Assembly: GCA_041750655.1 (NCBI GenBank)
Contig: JBGSYZ010000015.1
Coordinates: 7,119 to 71,118 of the forward strand
Source of the DNA: Minisyncoccia bacterium
GTDB lineage: Bacteria; Patescibacteriota; Minisyncoccia; Phycocordibacterales; UBA918
Direction of reading: 5' to 3'
DNA: 64,000 nt
A model generated the notes under the pieces. It made no database searches and was not told where the DNA came from. It saw nothing but the letters and a program-made list of their open reading frames with translations. Each line of letters opens with the position of its first letter. Position 1 is the stretch's first letter. This document shows, piece by piece, positions 1 to 9,087 of the stretch. A program made the translations under genes and the position numbers.

Positions 1-51
1 ATGGCGTTCTCCCCAGCAACTTTTTACTGACTTTGTGGTTAAATACTAGAC

Positions 52-753
52 ATGTCTCATACACAGAATAATATCTCCTGCGTCGGTTTTATCATGGATG
101 GCAACCGCCGGTGGGCAAAAAATCAAGATAAACCGACTCTCGAAGGGCACAAAAAGGGAGCGGAAACCTTTAATGAAATAGCTAAAGCTGTTCGTGACCG
201 AGATATTCCGCATGCGGTATTTTTTGCTTTTTCCACCGAAAACTGGAATCGTAGTGAAGAAGAGGTTACGTATTTAATGGAGCTATTTCATGAAGCTCTA
301 GATGATGCCGAACAAAAACTCAATGATGACAAAGAAAAGAAAGTACGATTACGCATAGTGGGACGACGGGAAGATTTTGCTCCTGATCTCCAAGAGCGGA
401 TGACAGCGCTAGAAATGAAGAGTGACAATTTTGAAGAAGTACACACCACTATTTGGATAGCTCTTTCCTATGGTGGTCGGGCCGAGATTGTCGACGCAGT
501 AAATAAAGCAGTGGCTGCTGGAGAAGAAGTGAGCGAAGATACTTTTAATGATTTGTTGTGGACGGGAGAAATGCCTGACCCAGACATCATTATTCGCACC
601 AGTGGCGAACAACGTATTTCTAACTTTATGACATGGAAATCAGTCTACAGTGAGTTCTTCTTCACCGACACTTTGTGGCCGGCGTTTTCAGTTGAAGAGT
701 TTGATTCAATTCTAGCTGATTACCAGAATCGTCATCGTCGTAACGGTACGTAA
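52..753 (+). CDS. uppS: Undecaprenyl diphosphate synthase (cis-prenyltransferase)
   Basis: IMDGNRRWA, FSTENWNR, YGGR and PDIIIRTSGEQRISNF motifs. Confidence 0.95.
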   Translation: MSHTQNNISCVGFIMDGNRRWAKNQDKPTLEGHKKGAETFNEIAKAVRDRDIPHAVFFAFSTENWNRSEEEVTYLMELFHEALDDAEQKLNDDKEKKVRLRIVGRREDFAPDLQERMTALEMKSDNFEEVHTTIWIALSYGGRAEIVDAVNKAVAAGEEVSEDTFNDLLWTGEMPDPDIIIRTSGEQRISNFMTWKSVYSEFFFTDTLWPAFSVEEFDSILADYQNRHRRNGT

Positions 754-754
754 C

Positions 755-1792
755 ATGCAGCCTCCAGCAGATGTAAAAAAAATCATTGCCCCCTACACAA
801 TGGCCATAGATACTGAGTTACAAAAACTCTTTTTAAGTATGCCTGACTTAGCTATGTATAGTCACTTAGCCTATTTTATGGGTTTTAAAAACGAGCAACT
901 TGAGGAAGAAGTAGTATATGGCGGTAAACGATTTCGATCGAGTGCGATGCTGATGTTGGCGGATTGGTATGGTGTGAAAGAGCAGGCATTAGCATTTGCT
1001 ACTGCTTTGGAGCTGTATCATAACTTTACCCTTATTCATGATGATGTAGTCGATAGAGACACGCACCGTAGAGGTCGACCGACCGTCTGGCATCTTTTTG
1101 GTCATGATCATGCCATCAATAGTGGTGATGCACAAATGATTATGATGGCGCAGATGTTGGCGAATGCTGCCGGTTCATATGAGGCTGGAGCAAAAACCCA
1201 AAGGTTTTTGCTCCAGCAATTTTTAATAGTAGTAGAAGGCCAATACTTAGATTTTGAACTAACGACCGCCATGCTGGGAGATACAATGGTCACTCAGGTA
1301 GTGTACGAAGATATGATTCGTCGCAAAACAGCCGAATTAATAGTAGCGGCCACTAAAGGGGCTGGTATATTAGCTACACAAGATGAAAACGAATTGCTGC
1401 ACCTTGAAAATTATGGTCGCAATCTCGGGATGGCCTACCAAATTTGTGATGACGTGGTATCGATTTGGGCCGATTCTGACACTACCGGTAAACGTAACTA
1501 CGGTGATCTTAAGGAAAAGAAAAAAACCTTACCAGTGTTGTATGCGTATGAAAAACTAGCTGAACAACCACGTAAAGATTTGGAAAATTTGTATACCCAA
1601 GAAACTGTAACTGATTCGGATTGTGAAGCGGTCATTGCATTACTGGATAGCGTTGATACTAAGGTCAAGATGGAATCATTATTTACTACACAGGCCAAAG
1701 CAGCCAAAGAATCAGCTCAAGCTCTGTCTTTGCACCAAGAGCACAAAGACATTCTTTGTTCGCTCGTCGATAGTTTGCTTCCGAAAGTATAA
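755..1792 (+). CDS. Trans-polyprenyl diphosphate synthase (FPP/GGPP synthase family)
   Basis: GGKRFR, LIHDDVVDRDTHRRG (FARM) and YQICDD (SARM) motifs. Confidence 0.9.
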   Translation: MQPPADVKKIIAPYTMAIDTELQKLFLSMPDLAMYSHLAYFMGFKNEQLEEEVVYGGKRFRSSAMLMLADWYGVKEQALAFATALELYHNFTLIHDDVVDRDTHRRGRPTVWHLFGHDHAINSGDAQMIMMAQMLANAAGSYEAGAKTQRFLLQQFLIVVEGQYLDFELTTAMLGDTMVTQVVYEDMIRRKTAELIVAATKGAGILATQDENELLHLENYGRNLGMAYQICDDVVSIWADSDTTGKRNYGDLKEKKKTLPVLYAYEKLAEQPRKDLENLYTQETVTDSDCEAVIALLDSVDTKVKMESLFTTQAKAAKESAQALSLHQEHKDILCSLVDSLLPKV

Positions 1793-1810
1793 ACACGGTA
1801 TAAATGAGGT

Positions 1811-2551
1811 ATGGAACCAACAATTTTATTTGAGAATGATGACGTCTTAGTCATTGATAAACCATCCGGTATGCGAGTGCACAATGACGCCCATGGTGAG
1901 GGTAAGACGGTAGCGGAGTGGTTTTTAGGCCGCGAGCCGCAGGCTCGCGGCGTCGGCGAAGCCCAAACTCTACCAGATGGAACACCGTTGGAGCGTTCAG
2001 GTGTCGTGCATCGTCTCGACCGCGATACTTCCGGCGTTTTAATCCTGGCAAAAAATCAGCCAGCCTTTCTGCATCTGAAAAAACAATTTCACGATCGCTT
2101 AGCTCATAAAGAATACCGAGCTTTTGTGTATGGCCTGATGAAAGATAAATGGGGAACGATTGACCGACCGATTGGTCGGAGTAGCAAAAGTCCGAAGCTC
2201 CGTAGTGCGCAGCGAGGAGCAAAAGGTACCCTCCGCGAGGCTGTCACGAGCTGGGAACTGATTGGTCAAAGCTACTCACACGCCTACCTAAAACTTCGTC
2301 CAAAAACCGGTCGAACTCACCAGCTCAGGGTGCACCTCAAGGCAATCGATCGACCGATCGTGATGGATCCGCTCTACGCTACTGAACACCACCGTACTAC
2401 CATGGATACCCTCGGGTTTGACCGTTTAGCGCTCCATGCTCATGTTTTAGAAATTACGTTACCAAATGGTGAAGAAACGCGATTCATTGCTCCGATGCCG
2501 CAAATCTTTGAAGAAGCGGCTGAAAAACTGTTAGAGGATCAAATTAAGTAG
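1811..2551 (+). CDS. RluA/RluD-family RNA pseudouridine synthase
   Basis: IDKPSG, VHRLDRDTSG, TGRTHQLRVH and LALHA motifs. Confidence 0.93.
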   Translation: MEPTILFENDDVLVIDKPSGMRVHNDAHGEGKTVAEWFLGREPQARGVGEAQTLPDGTPLERSGVVHRLDRDTSGVLILAKNQPAFLHLKKQFHDRLAHKEYRAFVYGLMKDKWGTIDRPIGRSSKSPKLRSAQRGAKGTLREAVTSWELIGQSYSHAYLKLRPKTGRTHQLRVHLKAIDRPIVMDPLYATEHHRTTMDTLGFDRLALHAHVLEITLPNGEETRFIAPMPQIFEEAAEKLLEDQIK

Positions 2552-2617
2552 TTGATTCGTTTGATTTGCTGTGGTAGAGTACCGCACGCGTAGAAAACTC
2601 TTAACGCCTTTTTATTT

Positions 2618-3214
2618 ATGACAACAGCAACAGCAGGAATCAATATTTCTCCAGTAAATATGGAGGAACGACAGACTCTCGGCATCAAAGCCGGTGATAC
2701 TGTTCGTGTTCACCAAAAAATTCAAGATAAGGGTAAAACCCGTATTCAAGTATTTGAAGGACTCGTATTAGCACGTAAGCACGGTACGGAACCAGGGGCT
2801 ACTTTTACAGTACGAAAGGTGGCTAGTGGGGTTGGAGTGGAGAAGGTATTTCCACTGTACTCACCAAACATTGACAAGATAGAAATCGTTCGACGTTCTA
2901 AAGTACGGCGAGCAAAACTGTACTACATCCGTGAGAAAGTCGCTCGTGAAATCAAACGACAAATGCGTCGTATGCAAATGATGACCCTTTCAACTGAGTC
3001 TGCTACTGAAGTGGCTCAACAAGCTGAAAAGGATGCGGCCGAAGCCGCTGAAGCTGAAGCGAAGGCCGCCGAAGCAGCAGCACAGGAGGCTGAAGCAAAA
3101 GCAGCCGCCGAAGCAGCAGCTACACCAGTTGAAGAAACTCCTGAAGCCGAAAAGGTGGAAACAGAAACTCCAGAAGTTGCTCAAGAAACAAAAGAAGAAG
3201 AGAATAAGGGTTAA
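2618..3214 (+). CDS. rplS: 50S ribosomal protein bL19 with long Ala/Glu-rich C-terminal extension
   Basis: [31 protein letters not shown]. Confidence 0.95.
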   Translation: MTTATAGINISPVNMEERQTLGIKAGDTVRVHQKIQDKGKTRIQVFEGLVLARKHGTEPGATFTVRKVASGVGVEKVFPLYSPNIDKIEIVRRSKVRRAKLYYIREKVAREIKRQMRRMQMMTLSTESATEVAQQAEKDAAEAAEAEAKAAEAAAQEAEAKAAAEAAATPVEETPEAEKVETETPEVAQETKEEENKG

Positions 3215-3234
3215 TACTATATCTAATAGTAAAC

Positions 3235-3269
3235 AAAAGCCGGCACCTCTAGGCGCCGGCTTTTTGTTT
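3235..3269 (+). terminator. Intrinsic terminator of rplS; member of GCCGGCGCC palindrome family
   Basis: aaaagccggcacc-tcta-ggcgccggctttt followed by T-tract. Confidence 0.75.
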
Positions 3270-3317
3270 GCAAAAGAAAAAAAAGTCTTTAGAATAGACA
3301 CACTTTGAAAGAAGTAT

Positions 3318-3401
3318 GCCCAGGTGGCGAAATTGGTAGACGCGCATCCTTGAGGGGGATGTGGGAGTAATCCTGTGCTGGTTCAACTCCAGTCCTGGGC
3401 A
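3318..3401 (+). tRNA. tRNA-Leu(GAG), no encoded CCA
   Basis: Acceptor GCCCAGG/CCTGGGC; anticodon arm catcc-ttGAGgg-ggatg; long variable arm; GTTCAA T-loop. Confidence 0.95.
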
Positions 3402-3721
3402 CAAAACGTGAAAGAAAAAGATCCCTGCGGATCTTTTTCTAGTTTTGTGAGACGGAGACATGTTTTTGCTATTACAAATGCAAAAACGGTCGAGTCAGGG
3501 CAGCAAGTACTTAGGAATGTAACGACTTAGTAACTTGCGCCAGAGAGACTGCTTTGCTTTCGTGCCGTTGTGCCAAGCGGAGTTATATTTTTATTATTTA
3601 TAATATAAAAATAAACGAGCTGGGCTTGCAGGTTGTTAGAGCGTAGCGAGTTACAAACTTGATGGTACAAAACTAAAAAGCTATCACTTGACAAACCTAA
3701 AAATAAGCGTACTTTGCGGGT

Positions 3722-4057
3722 ATGAAGGCAGGGCTTTGTATAGCTATCATTCTAGTTTCAGGCGCAATTATACCGGCGCCACTTTTTGCCGCACCGGCTC
3801 TTGACCCCTATACAGCTGAAAATTTTTGGTTGTTGCCTCACACTCAACCGGCTTGGTTTGAGACCGACGGAAACGGTGGTTTTTATGGAGAGACAATTGA
3901 CGGTGTGGCTTTTTCTCAATCTTCGGTCGCTAATATAGTGGGAATAAAACTTCAAAAATTCTCTATCGGTACAGCCAACATCTATATTTCAAACAAAGGT
4001 ATCATCGATGCATCAAATGATTTAGCTGCGGTTTCTATGTACCTAACGCTAATGTAA
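3722..4057 (+). CDS. Hypothetical secreted protein
   Basis: N-terminal signal peptide; TTGACA..TACTTT promoter just upstream. Confidence 0.6.
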   Translation: MKAGLCIAIILVSGAIIPAPLFAAPALDPYTAENFWLLPHTQPAWFETDGNGGFYGETIDGVAFSQSSVANIVGIKLQKFSIGTANIYISNKGIIDASNDLAAVSMYLTLM

Positions 4058-4088
4058 TATTATCGGTATTTATGCCATACTAGCAGTC

Positions 4089-4538
4089 ATGAAACGAGCC
4101 CGCGTCTATTCATATGGAATGATTCCAGTTCACCAAACAGTCAACGGACCGGAGGTGTTACTTGTCGAGCAGTATAGTGCCGAAGGGACCTATTGGGGTT
4201 TTCCTAAGGGTAAGACAGAGCCTGGAGAAGAACCTCTAGAAACTGCTACACGAGAAGCTAAAGAAGAAGCAGGTATTTCTTTTTCAAACATACTCGAAGG
4301 GGCGCATTTTACGCTCAACTATTCATTTACCTACGAAGATACCATTGTCGACAAGACCGTTACATATTTTATTGGCTTTGTTGATAATCCTGGTTTGGCG
4401 CTACGGGAAAACGAAATTAAAAACGCTGGCTGGTACAAACTCGGTGAAGCTCGTGAGCGTTTGTCTCATCTCAACACAAAAGAGATGTTTGATGCCGCTA
4501 CGTTATACCTAAATAATTATCTTAGAAATGAAACGTAA
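4089..4538 (+). CDS. NUDIX hydrolase (Ap4A-hydrolase-like)
   Basis: Nudix box WGFPKGKTEPGEEPLETATREAKEEAG. Confidence 0.88.
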   Translation: MKRARVYSYGMIPVHQTVNGPEVLLVEQYSAEGTYWGFPKGKTEPGEEPLETATREAKEEAGISFSNILEGAHFTLNYSFTYEDTIVDKTVTYFIGFVDNPGLALRENEIKNAGWYKLGEARERLSHLNTKEMFDAATLYLNNYLRNET

Positions 4539-5271
4539 CACTCGAGGAAACACCAGCGCTGATTATATTTACGGCAAGCACGCGGTGGCGGAGGCACTCA
4601 AGTATCGGCCTGATGTGGTGCGGACGCTGCTTATAGAATCCGGTAAACACGCCGACCTAAAATCACTAGCTGATGTTCCGACCGGTGTGCTCAATCTTCG
4701 CCAAATGCCGGGCGGTATTTCCCCAGAAGCAGTGCATCAAGGTGTGGTGGCAGAAATTGATACTAAAAAATTGATGGTTCAGTACAAGGACTTTATGAAT
4801 AGTTTGGAGATTACCCCGAACACTGCCGTCGCTGTGTTGGGCGAGATTCAAGATCCTCATAATGTTGGAGCTATCATCCGCAGTGCCGCTGGGTTTGGTC
4901 TCGCTGGAGTATTTATTCCACCGCACCGCCAAGCTTCAGTCACCGCGACGGTCATTAAAGTATCAGCCGGGATGGCGTTTCGAATCCCGTTGATTGAAAT
5001 AAAAAATGTAAATGCCACCGTACGAGATTTAAAAGAACGTGGTTTTTGGTCATACGGTTTGGCAGGCGAAGGGGATGTCAGTTTGCCTGATGAAAAATTT
5101 GACCGACCGAGTGTCTTTGTGGTTGGCAATGAAGGTGATGGCTTGCGTGAGAAAACTCGTGAGGTTTGCGACACGCTTATTTCTATTCCAATTGATGAAC
5201 GTTGCGAATCCCTCAACGCCAGCAACGCCGCCGCTGTGACTTTTTACGGTTGGCGTGTTCAAAGAAAATAA
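4528..5271 (+). CDS. rlmB: 23S rRNA Gm2251 methyltransferase (TrmH/SpoU family)
   Basis: IYGKHAV, DPHNVGAIIRSA, GNEGDG and ESLNAS SPOUT motifs. Confidence 0.88.
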   Translation: MKRNTRGNTSADYIYGKHAVAEALKYRPDVVRTLLIESGKHADLKSLADVPTGVLNLRQMPGGISPEAVHQGVVAEIDTKKLMVQYKDFMNSLEITPNTAVAVLGEIQDPHNVGAIIRSAAGFGLAGVFIPPHRQASVTATVIKVSAGMAFRIPLIEIKNVNATVRDLKERGFWSYGLAGEGDVSLPDEKFDRPSVFVVGNEGDGLREKTREVCDTLISIPIDERCESLNASNAAAVTFYGWRVQRK

Positions 5272-5273
5272 AA

Positions 5274-5999
5274 TCAACGCTTCAGTTTACGAAACAGCAT
5301 CATAAATAAATCTTTTTGAAACTTGGCTATTGTTGGATTTTCAATAACGGTGGCAATTGGTTGAGTGTAATCGATGAAAGCTATTTTGTTGCCGTAAATA
5401 ATCTGAGAAATGCCATAGCTAAAGGGTAGAAATTCTTCTGGTACAACACGAAGAGATTCCTCGAGAGATGGTTCTCGTGAGGCGACATAGTCTGGATTAG
5501 TAATTACTAAACGTTCCAACTGCATTGCGTCGCGCATTTTTTCGTACTCTTTGGGTAAGCCTACGGTCAAAATATGTTCAGAACTTTCTGAGCTATAGCG
5601 ATAAAATTCGTCACCTTTTTTTAGAGTTTGTAAAATATCTTCAAATACTGCGTATACTCCAGCTTTACCGTCTAATCTTTTTACAATTGGTTTTGTATTA
5701 TTTTGTAGCTGGTTTAATTGAGGAATAACAGTATTTAATTCTTCATGCACTACATCCAAGAGTGATCGTAAACGTTCTGGAGGTTCAGCTGCGTAGTGGG
5801 TAAGTTTTCCTACTTGGCGCTCACTAATGAGGCCTTTGTCTTTAAGGTGGGGAAGGGCGCGGTAGATGGCTGGTCGGTGTAATTTGCTGGTACGAGAAAT
5901 ACTCGAGATAGTCTGAGTACCATATGTAAGGAGATCCATATAAATACCAATTTCAGTTTTATTAAGCCCAATAGCCTGTAATAGAGTAGTTATTTGCAT
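5274..5999 (-). CDS. TrmB-like transcriptional regulator (wHTH plus effector domain)
   Basis: IGLNKTEIGIY..R..IYRAL..LKDKGLI..Y.AEPPE; C-terminal IYGNKIAF..IEN pattern. Confidence 0.8.
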   Translation of the reverse strand: MQITTLLQAIGLNKTEIGIYMDLLTYGTQTISSISRTSKLHRPAIYRALPHLKDKGLISERQVGKLTHYAAEPPERLRSLLDVVHEELNTVIPQLNQLQNNTKPIVKRLDGKAGVYAVFEDILQTLKKGDEFYRYSSESSEHILTVGLPKEYEKMRDAMQLERLVITNPDYVASREPSLEESLRVVPEEFLPFSYGISQIIYGNKIAFIDYTQPIATVIENPTIAKFQKDLFMMLFRKLKR

Positions 6000-6003
6000 A
6001 AAA

Positions 6004-6108
6004 TGTATTAAATTACTACAACTTTTTATAAGTTATAATATGCTTATTTGTATTGATTGTAACATGTATTTAAATTATACACAGTACATTTTGTATTATA
6101 TTTTTACA
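6004..6108. promoter_or_regulatory. Three TGTA-N9-TACA palindromic operator-like sites in divergent promoter region
   Basis: Sites at 6004-6020, 6065-6081 and 6092-6108. Confidence 0.55.
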
Positions 6109-6187
6109 CAATTTAAATAGAATAAATTATAGTGTAGGTGTAGTTAAGGAAACAAAACCAAGACAACTACTAGCACCTTACAACGTA

Positions 6188-6348
6188 CTAAATCTGACAA
6201 CCGAAGGAAGGTTCCTTGCAAGGCTTTTCTTATGGGGTGTTTTAGTCAGATTTAGCATCACATACAGAAAAGCCCTGCAACGAGCGCTTCCTTACGGAAG
6301 CGCTCGTTCGTGTCCCGGCTCTAGGGTAGGGTCGGGTGGTGACGCGAA
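6188..6348 (+). ncRNA. Structured 5' leader / candidate ncRNA with H-type pseudoknot
   Basis: 6188-6198 pairs with 6245-6255; 6216-6230 pairs with 6266-6280; hairpins at 6279-6308 and 6309-6346. Confidence 0.55.
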
Positions 6349-6372
6349 GCATCTTGTAATAAGGAGTATCCA

Positions 6373-6612
6373 ATGGATTGGATTCAAGTGGCTAGTTTGT
6401 CGCTCTTAGTTGGCGGGTACCTATGGTTTCGCTGTGCACGGATCAGACGACTGAGTCATTCGTTCATTGGGTGGCTCAAGTCTGAACCGGAAGAGGTGAA
6501 AATTGTGTTCACTCGGCCTGGTCAACAGAAAAAGAGACCAGGTGTACTGATAGACGGTGTTCCGTACCGTGATATCACCGATGAGCGATCAATCGAAAAG
6601 TTTGAGGACTGA
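6373..6612 (+). CDS. Small membrane-anchored hypothetical protein (SD-led)
   Basis: AAGGAG SD 6 nt before ATG; N-terminal TM segment. Confidence 0.6.
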   Translation: MDWIQVASLSLLVGGYLWFRCARIRRLSHSFIGWLKSEPEEVKIVFTRPGQQKKRPGVLIDGVPYRDITDERSIEKFED

Positions 6613-6613
6613 C

Positions 6614-6691
6614 ATGCTCACTTTACTGTTCATCTACAAATGTCTCACTCTGCTCGGAATTATGGCTGTGCACCGACTCCTGCTTCGGTGA
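6614..6691 (+). CDS. Putative 25-aa hydrophobic peptide MLTLLFIYKCLTLLGIMAVHRLLLR
   Basis: GAGGA SD; begins 1 nt after upstream stop; followed by gtgggcggc-ttt-gccgcccac hairpin. Confidence 0.4.
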   Translation: MLTLLFIYKCLTLLGIMAVHRLLLR

Positions 6692-6747
6692 GTTGGTCGG
6701 TGGGCGGCTTTGCCGCCCACCCTCTTAACAACTCGTTCTTTTTTAAG

Positions 6748-6806
6748 TAAATCTGAACGTTCCTTCTGAGTGCTGCTCGGATACAATCGAGCAGCTTTCT
6801 AAGGAG
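6748..6806 (+). repeat. 59-nt structured direct repeat, copy 1
   Basis: Identical to 7311-7369; folds as nested stems. Confidence 0.9.
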
Positions 6807-6881
6807 CGAATGCTCCCACGCGTTCCGTAGCCATGTTGGCTCGGATGATAACGCAGTGTTCCTTACATGGAGGAAGAAAAA

Positions 6882-7220
6882 ATGCTGATGTTCTTGCAGT
6901 TTGTAATCGGGGCGCTGCTCGCCGCGGCTGGCTATGCAGTCTGGTACGCTGGACGCAATGTCGCCTGGAAAGCGCGCCTCGAACGGAACTTCCTAATGCC
7001 GGGCGACGACCTCTTCGCGCGCAAACGTGCCTACAGCGGCTACGTGCGGTGGCTTCGCTATGTCGCATTTCCGACCGGGCTCGTGATGCTCGTTCCGACA
7101 CCACTCATGCACGATGTGATCCTCGGCCTCATCGCTGCCGGCCTCTTCTGGTGGATGAATCGCCAAAAGGTGGCCTATGACCAGGCGGTCACGACAGCCA
7201 ATAAACGTTCGACGAAGTAG
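6882..7220 (+). CDS. Hypothetical membrane protein (3 TM; SD-led)
   Basis: GGAGG SD before ATG 6882 (ORF track starts 6867); GC-rich codons. Confidence 0.65.
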   Translation: MLMFLQFVIGALLAAAGYAVWYAGRNVAWKARLERNFLMPGDDLFARKRAYSGYVRWLRYVAFPTGLVMLVPTPLMHDVILGLIAAGLFWWMNRQKVAYDQAVTTANKRSTK

Positions 7221-7310
7221 TGTTTATCGCTCGTAGGTAACATTCAAACACATGACCTGGCGGCAGTTCGCCAGGTCATACCATCACAGCTATTGATTTC
7301 TTCTAACCAA

Positions 7311-7369
7311 TAAATCTGAACGTTCCTTCTGAGTGCTGCTCGGATACAATCGAGCAGCTTTCTAAGGAG
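7311..7369 (+). repeat. 59-nt structured direct repeat, copy 2
   Basis: Identical to 6748-6806. Confidence 0.9.
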
Positions 7370-7453
7370 TGTAAAAACTCTTTCATGTTCCACCACTATA
7401 TCGGTGTGGGAGATAACATGAAGCACTTTGAAATGCCAAAGGAGGCAATCAAG

Positions 7454-8383
7454 ATGGAAACTCAATTTCCTGTCAAAAAAATCACCACTACTGCAGCCGC
7501 AGCCCTGGCTGCTGCCATCATCGTCTTCGGTTCAATCTATGTTGTTTCTGAAGGTGAACGTGGCGTGCTTACCCGCAACGGTGCGTTTGTTGCGGTCAAA
7601 GAACCCGGTCTCGGCTTCAAGGTTCCGATTATCGACAGTGTGACCGACATGGAAATTCGTAACATGCGGATTGAAGTGCCGGTGCATGTCTACAGTTCGG
7701 ACACACAGCAGTACGAAGCCGCAGTGTCGGTCAACTATGATCTCAACCCTGCGGAAGTCGAACGGATCTTCAAGTCGGAAGGTGTCTACTATGCCGACCG
7801 GCGTCTGAAGCCACTTGTCGAGACCATCCTTAAGGAGGTGGCAGGCAAGTATTCTGCTCAGCGCACCATCCAGGAACGTGATGTTTTCGGTGCCGCCGTA
7901 CGCGATGCTATCCGCGAGGAAGCGCAAAGCTATGGCATTAACGTGACTGAGGTGCAAATCACCAACATCGATTTCACCGACCAGTTCGAGAATGCTATCG
8001 AAACGGCTATGCTGGCGAAAGCCAAGGTCGAAGAGGAACGTAACATCCTCGAGCAGAAGCGTATTCAGGCTGAGACGCGCGTCGTTGAAGCTACCGCCCA
8101 AGCTAATGCACTGCGTGAGCAGGCAAAAGGTGAAGCGGACGCTAAGCGGACGCAAGCTGAAGCTGAAGCAACCCGCATCTCTCAAATCGGGCAAGCTGAA
8201 GCTGATGCTATCCAAAAGAAGGCTAATGCACTTCGCGACAACCCAGAACTGACCGCCTACACCTATTCTTTGGCGGCGCAGAATTGGGATGGCGCCTTGC
8301 CGACACAATTTGTGCCGGGTTCGACGCTTCCGATTCTAAATGTTGCACCCAAGGGTGATAATTCCACTCTTGTGGGCAACTGA
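7454..8383 (+). CDS. SPFH/band-7 (prohibitin-like) membrane protein (SD-led)
   Basis: EGERGVLTRNG..EPGLGFKVP; AEA-rich coiled tail; WDGALP; AAGGAGG SD before ATG 7454. Confidence 0.85.
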   Translation: METQFPVKKITTTAAAALAAAIIVFGSIYVVSEGERGVLTRNGAFVAVKEPGLGFKVPIIDSVTDMEIRNMRIEVPVHVYSSDTQQYEAAVSVNYDLNPAEVERIFKSEGVYYADRRLKPLVETILKEVAGKYSAQRTIQERDVFGAAVRDAIREEAQSYGINVTEVQITNIDFTDQFENAIETAMLAKAKVEEERNILEQKRIQAETRVVEATAQANALREQAKGEADAKRTQAEAEATRISQIGQAEADAIQKKANALRDNPELTAYTYSLAAQNWDGALPTQFVPGSTLPILNVAPKGDNSTLVGN

Positions 8384-8428
8384 TCTTTAACCACGGTGAA
8401 TCCGGTTTACTCCGGGCTCACCCAACTC

Positions 8429-8458
8429 AAAACCCGACGGTTATTCCGTCGGGTTTTT
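8429..8458. terminator. Bidirectional intrinsic terminator
   Basis: aaaacccgacgg-ttatt-ccgtcgggttttt. Confidence 0.75.
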
Positions 8459-8478
8459 CTGTACACGCTAATGAAAAT

Positions 8479-8643
8479 CTATTGAGAAATTTTAAACCCA
8501 ATCCAAATACCAATTACTGCCCCAACTGCATTAAAAATAATAGATGAAAATGAAAAGTATGAAGCACCCCACAACAGAGGGATGTAACCGCCAGCTGTTC
8601 CACCAATAGCCATAAAAAGCCAGATTATCTTTTTTGATTGCAT
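8479..8643 (-). CDS. Small 54-aa two-TM membrane protein (below ORF-track cutoff)
   Basis: MQSKKIIWLFMAIGGTAGGYIPLLWGASYFSFSSIIFNAVGAVIGIWIGFKISQ; glycine-zipper-like. Confidence 0.65.
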   Translation of the reverse strand: MQSKKIIWLFMAIGGTAGGYIPLLWGASYFSFSSIIFNAVGAVIGIWIGFKISQ

Positions 8644-8736
8644 GTAGATAATTATATACAGTATTTATGTGATTATTAAGTTCATGCTACAATAAATTTT
8701 TAGAAGTGCTCCACCAAAATTAAGAAGGGATAGCCG

Positions 8737-9039
8737 ATGAATATGGAGGCAGATATACTTACGTGCCGTCTGGCTGAAGCTGGTCTGTATGTAACCAGTT
8801 GTTCTCCAATGTATTCTGGAGGGCAGCAGTATCGGTATACACTGCGCAAGCATAGTAGCGGGTTATTCATTGCTTTTTTCTGCTGGTATGAAAAACTGGC
8901 AGTTGAGCGTAGTTTTAATCCGAAGCCACGAGAGGTAAAGGTAACAACTGAAATAACTCGAGCCGATGTATCCTCAGTGGTACATGCATCAGCAGTGGAG
9001 TGGCTTCAGGTTTTGCACCGACGGCACCCAATTCGATAA
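8737..9039 (+). CDS. Hypothetical protein
   Basis: TGCTACAAT extended -10; weak AAGGGA SD; GC hairpin 9041-9063 right after stop. Confidence 0.5.
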   Translation: MNMEADILTCRLAEAGLYVTSCSPMYSGGQQYRYTLRKHSSGLFIAFFCWYEKLAVERSFNPKPREVKVTTEITRADVSSVVHASAVEWLQVLHRRHPIR

Positions 9040-9087
9040 AGGCCGCCCGCATAGCGGGCGGCCAAAATTATTTTTTAAGGCACTAGA

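Noticed and set aside
6748-7369. 59-nt repeats as a CRISPR array or integron attC sites
   Set aside because: Only two copies 563 bp apart with a gene between, no cas or intI in the window, and no RYYYAAC..GTTRRRY ends.
7532-8308. 258-aa minus-strand ORF and other long shadow ORFs (e.g. 27009-27548, 52574-53130, 57620-58069, 61257-61901)
   Set aside because: They are antisense to well-supported genes, with no motifs or start signals; explained by codon bias.
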